In this document: one piece after another, positions 63,779 through 64,000 of the stretch | How positions within the stretch are numbered: position 1 is the first letter of the stretch | Layout of the letters: the number at the start of each line of letters is the position of its first letter | Source of the DNA: Candidatus Levyibacteriota bacterium | Lineage (GTDB): Bacteria > Patescibacteriota > Microgenomatia > Levybacterales > UBA12049 | Direction of reading: 5' to 3' | NCBI GenBank assembly: GCA_038254115.1 | Contig: JBBSGK010000002.1 | Location: forward strand, 5,589 to 69,588 | DNA length: 64,000 nt | Program-made: the position numbers and the translations under genes | The notes under the pieces: model-generated | What the model saw: only the letters and a program-made list of their open reading frames with translations | The model's database searches: none | What the model was told of the DNA's origin: nothing

Positions 63779-64000
63779 AAACTATAAATGTCACATTTCA
63801 AGAAGCTGAAAATAAAAAATATTCTATCATTATTGGGAATGGTCTTATTGAAAAAATCTCGACAGTTTTTGATTTTGCAGGATACTCTAAAGCGTTGATA
63901 GTCACCGACGATAATATCAAACCTCTTTTGCTTGAAAAGCTTTCGAAAGCTTTAAAGATTGACTCAGTCTCTTTCATCTTGCCACCGGGAGAGAATGAAA
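63775..64000 (+). CDS. aroB: 3-dehydroquinate synthase, N-terminal part (continues beyond window end)
   Basis: MKTINVTFQEAENKKYSIIIGNGLIEKI...ALIVTDDNIKPLLLEKL is the AroB N-terminal Rossmann region. No stop before 64000. Confidence 0.7.
   Translation, partial: MKTINVTFQEAENKKYSIIIGNGLIEKISTVFDFAGYSKALIVTDDNIKPLLLEKLSKALKIDSVSFILPPGENE

Overview
This 64-kb window comes from a compact, low-GC bacterial chromosome with standard sigma70-type promoters and few Shine-Dalgarno sequences. Most of it is housekeeping and biosynthesis. It includes typA (5' partial), obg, a DEAD-box helicase, a Zur–ZupT zinc pair, a class II Fic protein and a complete suf operon (DUF1858-sufC-sufB-sufD-sufS-sufU). The branched-chain amino-acid genes are leuABCD, ilvB-ilvN-ilvC, ilvD, ilvE and ilvA-ridA. 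Translation genes are cysS, thrS-infC-rpmI-rplT and tig, followed by the start of aroB. There are nine tRNA genes.

Three things stand out:

1. A roughly 7.5-kb higher-GC island (about 4.35–11.84 kb) holds six co-oriented genes of unknown function. Most encode single-pass membrane proteins, and the last is a 925-aa protein whose C-terminus combines an Amidase_2 amidase with an SLT lytic transglycosylase. It fits no system I recognise and is my best candidate for an undescribed module.

2. The leu, ilvB, ilvA and aroB operons are each preceded by a tiny leader peptide rich in the relevant amino acids (Leu; Ile/Leu/Val; Ile; Trp/Phe/Tyr). Each is followed by alternative antiterminator/terminator hairpins. 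All four sit on leaderless or near-leaderless transcripts driven by TTGAC(A/T/G)-N17-TAnnnT promoters.

3. A small GIY-YIG nuclease gene lies between two tRNA-Leu genes. It is flanked by a 16-bp direct repeat of the tRNA 5' end and by one copy of a perfect 20-bp palindrome (CCTGCCTGCCGGCAGGCAGG). That palindrome recurs between tandem dihydrofolate-reductase-family paralogs and, imperfectly and in frame, inside cysS.

Smaller oddities: a frameshifted gene (53481–54154), a matrixin-like metalloprotease with a ~100-aa coiled-coil insertion, several GC-richer orphan genes, and minimal-domain versions of tig, thrS, obg and sufD. No CRISPR array, rRNA or recognisable integrase/transposase was seen.
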